Shown one piece after another: positions 1-13,011 of a DNA stretch of 64,000 nucleotides. How positions within the stretch are numbered: position 1 is the stretch's first letter; every line of letters starts with the position of its first letter. The notes beneath the pieces were generated by a model. That model made no database searches. It had not been told where the DNA came from and worked only from the letters and a program-made list of their open reading frames with translations. Where the stretch lies: NCBI RefSeq assembly GCF_001194135.2, contig NC_068992.1, forward strand, positions 10,387,580 to 10,451,579. The letters run 5' to 3'. Source of the stretch: Octopus bimaculoides. Lineage: Eukaryota. The position numbers and the translations under genes are program-made.

Positions 1-102
1 GCACTGACACAGAATTTCTACTTTGAAGGAGATTTTATACTTTCAAATTAATAAATGCCTCTCCTGAACATGTCTCAAAACTTCTGGAATGCATCTTGTA
101 TA

Positions 103-157
<55 letters not shown>

Positions 158-399
158 CTATGTGTGAGAATCTTTGTGTTTGTGTTTCTTCGCCACCACT
201 ACTTGACAACCGGTGTAGATTTGTTCATATCCGGTAAGCAAAAAGTGACTGACGGGAACAAGAAAATGATAAAAGATAAGTGATAAAAGAATGTTTCCTG
301 TTACTGCAGTTTGGTATTTTGCATAATTTTAAGACTTATTTCCTGTTTACAATGTAGTATGTGTTAGATATAAAATATCATGTGGTCGTTCTGATCTCC

Positions 400-790
400 T
401 CATCTATATGTGAATATTGTAAAGAGCAAAGGACATGAAAGCCCCATCAGATGGTTGAATGCAAATGTTGTGTCTCTCAAGGCCTTCGTTAGGAACATCG
501 CTAAGTTGTGCATTAAACGATGCAACTTAGAAATGATAAAGAATTTACTGACTGCCAGATGTTCTTTCAGTAATTTGGATATTTCACCATACAGTTTTGT
601 TGTGTATATCATGCGGCATAATAATTTAGGGGTTGTTTGCTTTAGATGTTTACTTTATCTTCCTCAATGGTCTGTATTATCAAGAGACCCTGCATTGCTC
701 CCTTATTTTTCCTCATATGTTTATATTCTAGTTAGGGAGTTCCATTCACAATTGCAAGGTCATCATTTCAATTGTCAGACCTGGTGGTGA
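400..790 (-). mobile_element. Possible LINE reverse-transcriptase remnant
   Basis: DDLAIV..KGAMQGLLI.. on the minus strand; many stops. Confidence 0.3.
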
Positions 791-1845
791 GTTATGTTTC
801 TGAGCAGAACACTTCATTTCCTGTTACTCCAGTCCACTTAAATGTAAATGAATTACTCCGATATGGACTGGCATCTCATTTAGGGAATGCGATCCACCAC
901 ACATTAACAAGGACTGGACCTTGTGGTGGGCTATTACAGGCACATGGATCACATAGTCTTCTAGCATTTCAAACCAAGTACATTGTCACTCAGAGTAACA
1001 ACTATATAGTATTTGTATATAGTTTTAGTAGCATATTGTTAGAGTATTTTATTATGTCTTCAACAGAAGGTTGTAATGTACCACTGGTCTTTTAATAGTT
1101 CATTTAAAATTTTTTCCTCTTCTAATTAGTGTTTTATTACAACTGAAATATTGATTAAATTTTGATTTTATCGTTGTTAATTATTCAGCACTGTATTGTC
1201 AGACATCGCTCTTTTTTTACTTACAAACTCTAAACTTTAATTGCTATATGGTTGCTTGATCTTGCAGAATTAATAGCTAAAGCTCTTAAATCATATTCTA
1301 TCATCTTATTGGACAAAGTAATCCTGCACATACCAAAAGACAGGATGACCATGGTTGATCTGACTTTGGATTACAGAACTTGGGTTTAAATATTAACAAC
1401 TATTTACTAAACTTATAGAATATCTTTTACACTTATTATTTCCTACATGTAAACTCTCTTTGATCTCTGTGTCTGTCTTTCTCTTTGTTTCTCCTTACCT
1501 CTCTTGCTCCTCCTCTTTTTCCTCTCTCCCTCACTCTGTCTCTCCTTTTTCTCTTTGTTTCTCTTCTCTCACTTCCTTCATACTACTCCCCCTTTGTCTC
1601 TGACTATCATCTCTTTCTTCTCATTCTTTCTCTCTATTCCCCCCTTTCCTCTCTATTATTTCTCTCCTTTCACCCCCATGCCTCTCTCTCTCTGTTCTTT
1701 CTCTCTCTGTTCTATCTCTCTCTTTCTGTGTACCTTTCTTTTTTTTACACTCATTTTTACTATCCGTTAATTACTTATAATTAGGTTTACTACACTAATA
1801 GTAAAATGTAATAATACAAAGTGCTACCTATACCAAGTTAAGACA

Positions 1846-1909
<64 letters not shown>

Positions 1910-2412
1910 GATGATGATGATGATGATGATCATAGTAATTAAAAAAGTGATAATAATAATAGTAATAATAAATCAATAAATAATTAAATAATTCAATAAA
2001 TAAATAAGATAGCTCATATAACTAAAACAAAACGTAAGAAAGAAAAAGCACATTTTATTTCATTACTGCCGTAGATAATTATCAATTATAATTATAAGTT
2101 AAATGTAAAAAAAGTAAATAATTGTAAAATATAATTTTCAAATCTATTTTGAAAAATAGTGAAAATTAAATTTTCTCTCTAGTTAAAGACATAGATACAA
2201 TTTAACTGTGTGACTTGTTTAAGCTTCTTCTTCAAATGATGCTACATGTTTGTAAAATATGGTACATTAGTATGTAAATCATCATAATGATGGAGATGAT
2301 GATGATTATGATAATTATCATCATTTTTACTATCATCATACACACCACCACCACCACCACTGCTGTCATCATTGTGTTTTATTTTTATTTANNNNNNNNN
2401 NAAGGAAAGAGA

Positions 2413-2447
2413 ATTTGACGTTTCGAGCGGAGCTCTTCGTCGGAAAC
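2413..2447 (-). ncRNA. Minimal type I hammerhead ribozyme motif (U4C core variant)
   Basis: Minus strand: GTTT-CCGACGA-A-GAGC tcc GCTC-GAAA-CG-TC-AAAT. Stem I (4 bp including a G-U), stem II 4 bp, palindromic ACGT stem III, GUC cleavage triplet. Confidence 0.6.
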
Positions 2448-3577
2448 AAAGAAAGTCCAAAGAAGGGAAAGACAGAGGAAGAATTATTGCTTATAATGAA
2501 CATTCTTTTCTACTCTAGGCACAAGGCCCGAAATTTTGGGGGACGGGGCCAGTCAATTAGATCGACCCCAGTACGCAACTGGTACTTAATTTATCAACTC
2601 TGAAAGGATGAAAGGCTAAGTTGACCTTGGCGGAATTTGAACTGAGAATGTAAAGACAGACAAAATACCGCTAAGCATTTTGCTGGCATGCTAACGTTTC
2701 TTATTTGTTTCTTTCTTTACTGCCCACAAGGGGCTACACACAGAGGGTACAAACAAGGACAGACAAACGGATTAAGTCGATTATATCGACTCCAGTGCAT
2801 AACTGGTACTTATTTAATCGACCCTGAAAGGATGAAAGTAAAGTTGAGCTCAGCGGAATTTGAACTTAGAACGTAGCGGCAGAAGAAATACCGCTAAGCA
2901 TTTCACCCGGCGTGCTAACGCTTCTGGCAGCTCACCACCTTGCTTATAATGAATATTGTAACAACTCCTAACAAGTATATGTTTAGCAATCTTAACAGAC
3001 TAGTCTGATTTCGGATTCTTGCTGAATGGCTATCATGACAAGACAAGAGAAATAGTGCCACTAAAAATGTTAGAATTAAATCATGTTTCCTGATGACATA
3101 TCATTTAAATGTTCATGTACAACAAAACATTTTGAAGCTTCATATATATATATTATCTCTCTCTCCCTCTCTCTCTCTCCCTCTCTCTCTCTCTATCTAT
3201 CTACCTATATATATNNNNNNNNNNTATATATATTATCTCTCTCTCCCTCTCTCTCTCTCCCTCTCTCTCTCTCTATCTATCTACCTATATATATGTTTTA
3301 TATATACGTTATAATTGACAAAACGAAAATGGAAATATTCATTGCTGATTATGCAAAGATTTTAATGAAGTCAGAAAGATAATACTTGATGACATACTCC
3401 GTTTAAATCGAATCCCATACACACACACACACCCTTATATATATATATTGCATACATACTTCATCACAGACGCCAACAGATATCAACTTTTATCTAGATT
3501 CTGTTTGTTTGCTTCCCCCCACCATTCATCGTCTCTCATTGTTTATCTTTTTCTTCTGTGTTTGTTTTCTTTGACAG

Positions 3578-3684
3578 AGGTCGGAAAGTGTACGAAGCAC
3601 CACGATTCATGACCATAGCACAGGCAGCTCACCAACTTCTGACAATCGTCAGTAAAATGCAAAGCACTAATCAACATGAAACGG
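3578..3684 (+). CDS. DPH5: Internal coding exon of diphthine methyl ester synthase
   Basis: Polypyrimidine tract and ttgacAG acceptor (3576-77); donor ACGG|gtaaag (3685). Translation (R)GRKVYEAPRFMTIAQAAHQLLTIVSKMQSTNQHET matches the recalled DPH5 segment GRKIYEPPRYMSVNQAAQQLLEIV. Starts in phase 2, ends in phase 1. Confidence 0.93.
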
Positions 3685-4137
3685 GTAAAGTGTTTTTCTA
3701 TTTCATACTTACAAAAAAAAAAATTTCTTTTAGATATATATATATGCATGTGAGTGTGAGTGTATGTATGTATGTGTATGTATATATACTTTTGTGTGTG
3801 TGTGTGTATACACACATACATGCACACACAAACACACACACACAAACACACACACACACACACATGCATGTGTTTGTTTTATATATTTTCTGCATTTCTA
3901 TCTCTGCCATATATTTCTTTTCACTTCTATTTGATTTAAAAAAAAAAAAATTTTTTTCTTTTTTCTAAAAATGGATTCTATCTGGTTTTTAAAAATCGTA
4001 TATAGATAGAAAGAGAAGAAGAAAAAGAGAGATATAGTTATATTTATTTTCTATGTGTTTATTATATAAAATTGTTTCTTTTTATTTAATTTCATGAATA
4101 TTTTAATACTTTTAACTTTTTTCTTTCTAAAATAGTG

Positions 4138-5029
4138 NNNNNNNNNNNNNNNNNNNNNNNNNNNNNNNNNNNNNNNNNNNNNNNNNNNNNNNNNNNNNNN
4201 NNNNNNNNNNNNNNNNNNNNNNNNNNNNNNNNNNNNNNNNNNNNNNNNNNNNNNNNNNNNNNNNNNNNNNNNNNNNNNNNNNNNNNNNNNNNNNNNNNNN
4301 NNNNNNNNNNNNNNNNNNNNNNNNNNNNNNNNNNNNNNNNNNNNNNNNNNNNNNNNNNNNNNNNNNNNNNNNNNNNNNNNNNNNNNNNNNNNNNNNNNNN
4401 NNNNNNNNNNNNNNNNNNNNNNNNNNNNNNNNNNNNNNNNNNNNNNNNNNNNNNNNNNNNNNNNNNNNNNNNNNNNNNNNNNNNNNNNNNNNNNNNNNNN
4501 NNNNNNNNNNNNNNNNNNNNNNNNNNNNNNNNNNNNNNNNNNNNNNNNNNNNNNNNNNNNNNNNNNNNNNNNNNNNNNNNNNNNNNNNNNNNNNNNNNNN
4601 NNNNNNNNNNNNNNNNNNNNNNNNNNNNNNNNNNNNNNNNNNNNNNNNNNNNNNNNNNNNNNNNNNNNNNNNNNNNNNNNNNNNNNNNNNNNNNNNNNNN
4701 NNNNNNNNNNNNNNNNNNNNNNNNNNNNNNNNNNNNNNNNNNNNNNNNNNNNNNNNNNNNNNNNNNNNNNNNNNNNNNNNNNNNNNNNNNNNNNNNNNNN
4801 NNNNNNNNNNNNNNNNNNNNNNNNNNNNNNNNNNNNNNNNNNNNNNNNNNNNNNNNNNNNNNNNNNNNNNNNNNNNNNNNNNNNNNNNNNNNNNNNNNNN
4901 NNNNNNNNNNNNNNNNNNNNNNNNNNNNNNNNNNNNNNNNNNNNNNNNNNNNNNNNNNNNNNNNNNNNNNNNNNNNNNNNNNNNNNNNNNNNNNNNNNNN
5001 NNNNNNNNNNNNNNNNNNNNNNNNNNNNN
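4138..5029. other. Largest of about 20 assembly gaps (others include 15814-16679, 17901-18454, 48803-49570, 57654-58110, 61383-61786)
   Basis: N runs, usually flanked by (TA)n/(CA)n/(GA)n arrays. Confidence 0.99.
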
Positions 5030-5307
5030 TATATATATATATTATATATATATATATACATAGTAATTGATAGTAGGAGATGGATTTCACATTAGACTTT
5101 TATCAGGTGCAACATATATGGGTCTCTTCAGGTACATTGATAAGGAAGTCTTACTAGATATTTTTTGCCCATCCAGATCAAGAATCTGGATGGGTATATA
5201 ACAAGCCAACCAACACAAAAAAGTAAGTTATGGTGATGTAAACACACCAACTCTGGTTACAATATGGTGGTGGGAGACGAACATAGACACAAAAACATTC
5301 ACATGTG

Positions 5308-5338
<31 letters not shown>

Positions 5339-5460
5339 AGCTTCTTTCAGTTTCTATCAACCAAATTCACTCATTAGGCTTTGGTTGGCCTGAGGCTATA
5401 GTGGTAGACACTTACCCAAGGCCCCTCACAGTGGAACTGATCCCCAAACGATGTGACTAG

Positions 5461-5666
5461 TACTGTATTTTCTGGTAAATAAGTTGAATTTTGGGGTCAA
5501 AATTTACAACCAAAAAAAAAGGTAGGTTAATCTATACAGCAAGACATCTTTGGAGGACCAAAGATTAGATGTAAAATGTAGAAGGATTTTGAAAGCTAGA
5601 GATGATGTTTGAATGTTTAATCTTCATGTTTAAACTATATTGACTTGTACACCAGAAAATGCAGTA
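5461..5666. mobile_element. MITE, Tc1/mariner-pogo (Tc2-like) type
   Basis: TIRs tactgtattttctggt (5461-5476) and accagaaaatgcagta (5651-5666), 1 mismatch in 16 bp. TA at both ends; non-coding ~200-bp body. Confidence 0.7.
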
Positions 5667-6321
5667 ATATAGTTGTAAATACACTATGCCTAATAAAAAA
5701 ACAAGGTGGCCATAACTAGAATGCTTTCCATCCTATGTATGTTTGATCTAGGCTAACTTTGATTTAGACAACAACAATAAGAGCCAGTCCAGATGTTTCT
5801 TCAATTATGATACTAACTGTCTAGTAATTAATGGGTATCTTAAGAAATGTTGAAGAATTTGAGCCATTTACTGTTGCTAATGATTTTCACTGTTATGTTT
5901 GCTACCGACCGACCAAGACATCCTTTAATCATGTTAAGAAATATAGTTAACTCCTAACCTGTATGTAGCATCTATTTTTGCCATAAATTGAATTTAATAT
6001 TTGAAAATTCTGTTAGTAAAATCTGCAATACATACATACACACATACACACATACATACATACACACATACACACATACATACATACATACATATATATG
6101 TGTGTATAGAAGTATATACATACATATATATATATAAGCTCGTCGAAACGCCGGTGTTAAAACGTGGGTAGCTGATGAAGTAGAATGTTCTCTATGTGGC
6201 TCGTGTGTTCTCGTCTACGTTTGTTTGCAATGTCCTGTACCCAGATATGCACCTATACATACAGGTGGATGTCGGTATGCACATACCTGTACGTATATAT
6301 GCATATACTCATTTACTTTTG

Positions 6322-6359
<38 letters not shown>

Positions 6360-6632
6360 ATATATATGCATGTGTGCGTGTGTACACACACACATGAAAT
6401 TGCATACATAAATATATGTGTATCTATCTATGTATTATATATCTGTATCTAGATCATCAAGTAAGGTAATATTCCCCCTATGACCAGACATGTTTTATAG
6501 AAGATTTAGAAAGAAGCACACTGTATGCATGATGGTGACACTTGTTTACAGCTATCATGTGATGTTAAAGCAAAGAGACAATGAAGCATACATGCATACA
6601 TGCATACATGCATACATGCATACATGCATATA

Positions 6633-6685
<53 letters not shown>

Positions 6686-7651
6686 GGGTGAGTGATCTCA
6701 GGGAGACATGGGATTAAGCACTGAAGAACAACCTCAGGATATTGAACCTTTCAATCGAGATGATAAAGGGCCAAGATTCTCACCTCCTTACCGTACACAA
6801 GACGACCTTTACTCCACAACAGAAGTGTTAAGACTGATCCTTCTAGTGGTGCAAAGCACTTCTCAAAGTGCCATGTAAAAGCACCCGTGTGCAGTGCCAC
6901 ATAAAAGCGCTCAGCCCACTTTGTAAAGTGGTTGGTGTCAGGAAGGGCATCCAGCTGTAGAAACCTTGCCTAAACAGACTGGAGTCTGGCGTATCCCTCC
7001 AGCTTGGCAGCTCTCGTCAAACCATCCAACCCATGCCAGCATGGACAATGGACTTTAAATGATGATGATGATAATGGTGGTGGTATGAATCCGTATAATA
7101 TGATCCAGTCAATCATGGTTAATTGTTAATTAGCATCTTGCATATACAAGGCTTGTATAGAAAACTCAGAGGGAAAAACAGTTGATCAATAGAATTTATT
7201 GAACACTTTTTCATATACACTTTGTTCTATATCAAAATTTATAAGGCATTCCTAATAAGATGTTGGATGTTTGGGGAACCATTCTAACCCATTGCTAACC
7301 AACCGTCAGCTTTCTCCATACAATCGTCCTTCATTCCCTTCTTGTTCTTCTGTCTAGACTCTCTTCTTTCCAGCTTCTGAGTAAGAACTAACTTGGATTT
7401 TGACAGCCAGTTAAACACAGGCCAATTTGGAAAGCAAAATCATAATAATTATAAAGACAATACATATTTTATGATAATCAAAAGAATTTTCTTTCTCAGC
7501 AGATTTTATTTTTCCCCCCAACAAACTGATATCATTTTTACCCAAACTTATCAAAATCATTCCATGCTCATTTCTCAAAAGAAGATGCATCTGATAGCAA
7601 TTCACTGAATACATCTGTGGAAATTTCCATACACAATGTTATAGCAATTTG

Positions 7652-7694
<43 letters not shown>

Positions 7695-8591
7695 CTGTTG
7701 CTTACATTTCCCAATTTCATTGATATATTGTGATTTCTTTCTTTGAAAACACACAACTTCCTCACCTCCAGTTATCACTTGGTAGACACATTTGTTCCAC
7801 TGACAAACGCTTTTGATTCAATACAAGTTACATTTCACTTTTGAATTGATATTTATCAATAAAATTCAATCAATGTTTGTTTCTTATGAAGTAATAATTT
7901 CATTAGCTATTAATTTTCAGTCAAGTCTTCATCACATTTCGTTTCGACTCTTTGCTTCAAATAACAGACCATGAGCAAAATGGTGGCAGTCAAATCTTCA
8001 CACATTTCTTGCCATTGCCACCATTACTTCTTTTTCATCGTTTTATATCATGATTGAATTCTTTCTGGGGCACCATGAAAGTGAGACATAATTCTGAAGA
8101 AAAGTATAATTATATAAAGTGAGAAAAATTCCTCCAGAAACATTTCAGAAGACTGCATTCAATTACAATGAATGAAGATTAACTAGCTATAAAACCATAA
8201 AGAACTATGAATTCGACCATCTTGATTGTCTTAAAGAACTAAGAACAGGTTTCAAAATTTGGCACAAGGCCAGCAATTTGGGGAAAGGGGTTAAGTTGAT
8301 TACATCAACCTCAGTGTTCAACTGGTATTTATTTTATCAACACTGAAAGAATGAAAGGCAAACTCTACTTTGGCAGCATATGAATTCAGAATGAAAAGCT
8401 AGAAGGAATGTTGCTAAGCATTTTGACTGGTGTGTTAATGACTCTGGTGTGTTTTGTCAAGTTATAATAGAAATAATTCTACATTAAACTGAAGGATTGC
8501 ACAATACAGTCTGTAGAGTACATATTATTCTTTAAAAATGTGTTAAAAGGGACTTTGAAGTCTTGGTCAGCTTAGTCTGATGAAGGCTTCA

Positions 8592-8709
<118 letters not shown>

Positions 8710-9164
8710 GGTGCTATTAATGCAGATATGACAATGAGTATCAAAAATATATAATGATATCGAGCTCATTATTTACATAATTTACATTTAATGGATATTT
8801 GTCCTTATCTTGTTTGTTGTTAACACAACGTTTCAGCTAATACACCCTCCAGTCTTCTGGGAGTTGGTTTCACAAGATTTTATGACACCTGTGAAACCAA
8901 CTTCCAGATCATTTGGCTATGCCAGTACTCAGATGTTAAAGAATTTGTATTCCCATGTAATCTGAGCAGCCACAGGGTTTAATGCAAATCTCATCGTCAT
9001 TGTTGCCGTTTGTTTTAACATCTCCTTTTCCAAGCTGTCCTTCCTATCACCAACTCTCTTGTCTCTAAGTTGGGTATGATTTCCTCAAGTTTGGTTTATA
9101 TGTAGATTGGAAGTAAATGGTATTGCTTGCATGATGGTGACAACTCTTTCAATATCAATGCAAG

Positions 9165-9228
<64 letters not shown>

Positions 9229-9489
9229 CTGTCTCTCCCTCTCTGGACTTCTTTCAGTTTTCATCTACCAAATCCATTCACAAGGTTTTGGTAGGCCAGG
9301 AGTTATACTGGAAGATACTTGCACAAGGTCCATGCACTGGGACTGATCTCAAAGCCATGTGGTTGGAAGATGAACTTCTCATGCTATGTCAAATAGATAC
9401 ATCTTAAGCATTGAAAGGTCTCTTTAGAAGAGTATTTTGCCTCTGACTTCACAGTGTAAAGCTCATAAAAGGACACTGGCTTATCAACA

Positions 9490-10370
9490 CAGGTAACATT
9501 ATTAGGTAGTCTACTGGTCATTCTTGACATCATGGAAAATGAGCCTCTGTTGGAGCTTCTATGTGCGTGGTTGATTTACTATAAACATTAGCCAAATCTT
9601 CAATTCATGCTCAACTATTCTCTTTTTACTAAATCTGAAAAACACAAAGTAGACAAGATGGTCGTGGCTAGATTGTCTTTTAATTATGGGTCTGCTTGAA
9701 CATAGCTGATCTGTGGTTAAACAACATGGAGAATCAAGGTAACAAAGAATAAAGTGTTCTACTGAGATGTTCTGGTGAAATGTCTTTATAAGATTTAAAA
9801 CTGTGATCAAGGAATTGGTAATATCTTATCTTACTCCTATGTTTCCGTAAGCTATTTTAATTCCACAGCCATTGGATGATTACTTCAGCTTATGGAAACA
9901 TCTGCAAAAAACCTACAAAGAAATTTATCCTCATATGCATCCGTCATTGTGTGTAGGGAAGATAACTGCTGTGATATTAATGAGACGGGGAATTAACAAG
10001 GATTGCTCAGTAAAATAAAATGTTGCGTATTCTGGCAATAAAAAGTGCATGCGACAAAAGCTAAAGAAACATGAAGAGGTTGTGAAGTGTGTAAATAGTG
10101 CAACACAAGGTCAAACCAATGAGAGATATATGTCATACGGCAGATCCATTCAAACTGATGCCAGTACGGAGAAAAATAATGGATATCAAATGAAGATAAT
10201 AGTGTTGACAACAGCAACAATGATGACAATTTTCATAAATTTAATTTATACACTACAATAAATTTCTTCAACATCACTTAGAACTATCCATCAATAGATA
10301 ACAACTTTGGAAAAAATTATATGAACAGCTAATATACATAAATAGAGACAAAAATTTCTCCCCATCAGAC
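9490..10370 (+). mobile_element. Highly degraded Penelope-like remnant
   Basis: Scattered motifs ILDIM / NLQFMLNYSLFTKS (cf. FLD..YLQF.S.HP...KS), RQKLKKHEEVVK and terminal INRD; many stops. Confidence 0.35.
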
Positions 10371-11119
10371 ATGGTTTTTGTTTGTTTGTTTGCTTGAGAT
10401 GCTGGAGATAAATGTAATGTTAGGAATTTCTAACATATTTTCTGTCTGCTGATGAGAAAATATTTCATTGTGCTGTGGCAGTCTTAAAATAATGCCTGAG
10501 GAAACTATGGAAATGACAATAAAAATTGTTTCTATCTGAATGTGAAAAACTAGCGAGAGAAATCCTCTCCCTCTCACCACTTGGTAGCGCCATAGAAACA
10601 GAGACTTTTTCTAGAACTATTCAATGATGGTTAGTGGGTAGTTTAACCCTGAACGGCATCAGACCTAGAATGCCTTGCAATTTTATGTTATGTCACTTTG
10701 CATTGGACTTCAAATTCTGTTCAAAGTTGACTTTACATTTCTTCATTACAAAGTTGATCAAATAGTCACAAGCAATTATATCAATTATACACCCTATCAA
10801 AGTTTAGTACTCTTCTTATGCAAAACCTTGTTTTGCTGTTGTCGTTGTTGTTGTTGTTGTTGTTGTTGATATTGTTTTAATTATTAAGGTAGTGAGCTGG
10901 CAGATTCGTTAACATGCCACACAAAATACTTAATGGCATTTCTTTCACCTTTACATTTTGAATTCAAATTCTTCTGAGTTTGACTTTGCCTTTCATCACT
11001 TTGTGAGTCAATAAAACAGGTACCAGTTCAATACTGGGGTCAATGTTGCCCCCTTCCCACAAAACTGCTGGCCTTGTACAAAAATTTGAAACTATCATTA
11101 TTAACATTATTATTATTAC

Positions 11120-11315
11120 TAAGATGGTGAGCTGGCAGAATTGTTAGCATGCCAGGTAACATGTTTAGTGGCAATTCGTCTGCCGTTATGTTCTGAGTTC
11201 AAATTCCACTGAGGTCAACTTTGCATTTCATCCTTTCAAGGTCGATAAAATTAGTACCAGTTATGCACTGGGGTTGATGTAATCAACTTAATCCCTTCCC
11301 CCAAATTTGAGGCCT
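11120..11315 (+). mobile_element. tRNA-derived SINE, family A, representative copy
   Basis: gagctggcagaa..ttctgagttcaaattcc..gtcaactttgc..tttcatcctttc..gtcgataaaa..gtaccag. Copies near 2515(-), 2800(-), 8262(-), 10890, 18905, 20700(-), 21062(-), 25870(-), 37040, 37860. Confidence 0.8.
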
Positions 11316-11333
11316 ATATATACACACACACAC

Positions 11334-11382
<49 letters not shown>

Positions 11383-12010
11383 TACGACGGGCTTCTTTCA
11401 GTTTCCGTCCACCAAATCCACTCACAAGGCTTAATGAAACTGATATTACAATTCTCACAGTGTCTGACTTGTTTCATTGCCAGGTTACTGTACACATATT
11501 CTGAGTTCTTATTCTTCAAGAGATAACCAACCAAGTACTGTAAAGAAACACACACACACACACATTAACACACACAGACACGCATGCACATGCATACTCA
11601 CACACACACACAGAGACACACACACAGCAAGATATTAAATATAGACAAAGCCATTGGGCCTAGGACATGAAGCTTCATTAGAGCAAGTGGCCGATTTTAT
11701 GAGATAAGTGCCGTTAATGTCGATGCTTCCAGCAGCATTAGATAAATGCTGATAGCCTGTTGTTTTATCCCTTTTAATGGTAACATCATATCAGCATTGA
11801 GAGATTTTAGTAAACCCAACTCTCACAAACAGACACACGCACATACAAAAAAAAAAACAACAAAAACTGCGTAAAAGTAATTAATTAAAAAATAAAAAAA
11901 ACAGAAAAACAGAACCAATGGAAATAACATTCTGTTGCTAATGAAGTACCACTGAAGAGCATTAAGATTAGTTCCTTTCATTTCTCATTTAACCGTGTCA
12001 TTTTCACTAG

Positions 12011-12022
12011 ACTGAAGAAAGG
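12011..12022 (+). CDS. Candidate 12-nt microexon (ACTGAAGAAAGG)
   Basis: ctcatttaac branch-like motif, pyrimidine-rich run ending ttttcacTAG, then AAGG|gtgagt consensus donor. Frame-preserving; open in phase 0 (TEER) and phase 2, stop in phase 1. Confidence 0.35.
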
Positions 12023-12330
12023 GTGAGTGAGAGGGGAGGAAGGAACAGAAAGGTCACGGGTACTGCTACTTCGCTTTTCGCTAGGAAAAAAAACAAAAAC
12101 GAAAACAAAACTAAACAGAATGCAAAGCTGCAAAAGAAATGCACCATTTTCAATGCTCTGATGCACTTAACGAAATTCCCTTTGAATTAATAACTCCGCT
12201 TCGTTTCTTTAACTAATTTTCGACCTTGATCGTTAAGTAAAACCCGAACCATCTGAGGAGGCAGCTTTCTCTTTTGACTCTCTCGTGAGGAATAACAAGG
12301 TCAGCCTCTCAGTCTCTTTCGCTTCCTCTC

Positions 12331-12395
<65 letters not shown>

Positions 12396-12964
12396 CTCTC
12401 TCTTTCTCTGACACATATACTCCCTGTCTCTCACTTTTTTCTCTCTCCCTCTCAATCAGTTTGCTGCAGGCCTGCACACTGGACTTCTTGGATCATTATC
12501 ACATTTAATGGTAGCTTACTTATGCGTGAGTGTGTATAGGTGAATGCGTTAGTGTGTGTGTGTTTGTGTGCATATATGTATGTGCATGTGTGCAAAGAGA
12601 GGAAGAGAGAGATGAAAAAGAGTGCATACAACAATTGTCCAAAAAGATAATGCATGATTATGGTGTGTGCATATATATGTACATATGTCTGCATATACAC
12701 ATATATCTGTATATAAATGCATATATATATATATATATATGTATAGACACATACATACATATACACACACACATGTATATATGTATGTATTTATTTATTT
12801 ATCTATTTATTTGTAGGGTAAATTGGCTTAGGGCGATTTACCCGCTTTCATCTTTCCTTGGTGTTGCTCTTCTAATTTATTAAAGGCACTCTGAGGCTTT
12901 TGTAATACTGCTGTATTACGGTAGCATAGGCGTACATGTTCTCATACTGAATTGTAGCAATATA

Positions 12965-13011
<47 letters not shown>

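Noticed and set aside
6137-6190. GAAAC followed by CTGATGA (possible type II hammerhead)
   Set aside because: Stems I and II cannot be paired; at best a truncated Penelope-like terminus. Same for the lone ctgatgaaggc at ~8578.
7080-8100. Protein-looking minus-strand stretch with poly-Asp
   Set aside because: Poly-D is a (cat)n microsatellite; stops occur every ~20 codons in all frames checked and no motif was recognised.
10675-10730. SLCIGL as possible DPH5 terminal exon (TLCVGLAR)
   Set aside because: Lies in a degraded SINE, and the rest of the frame does not match.
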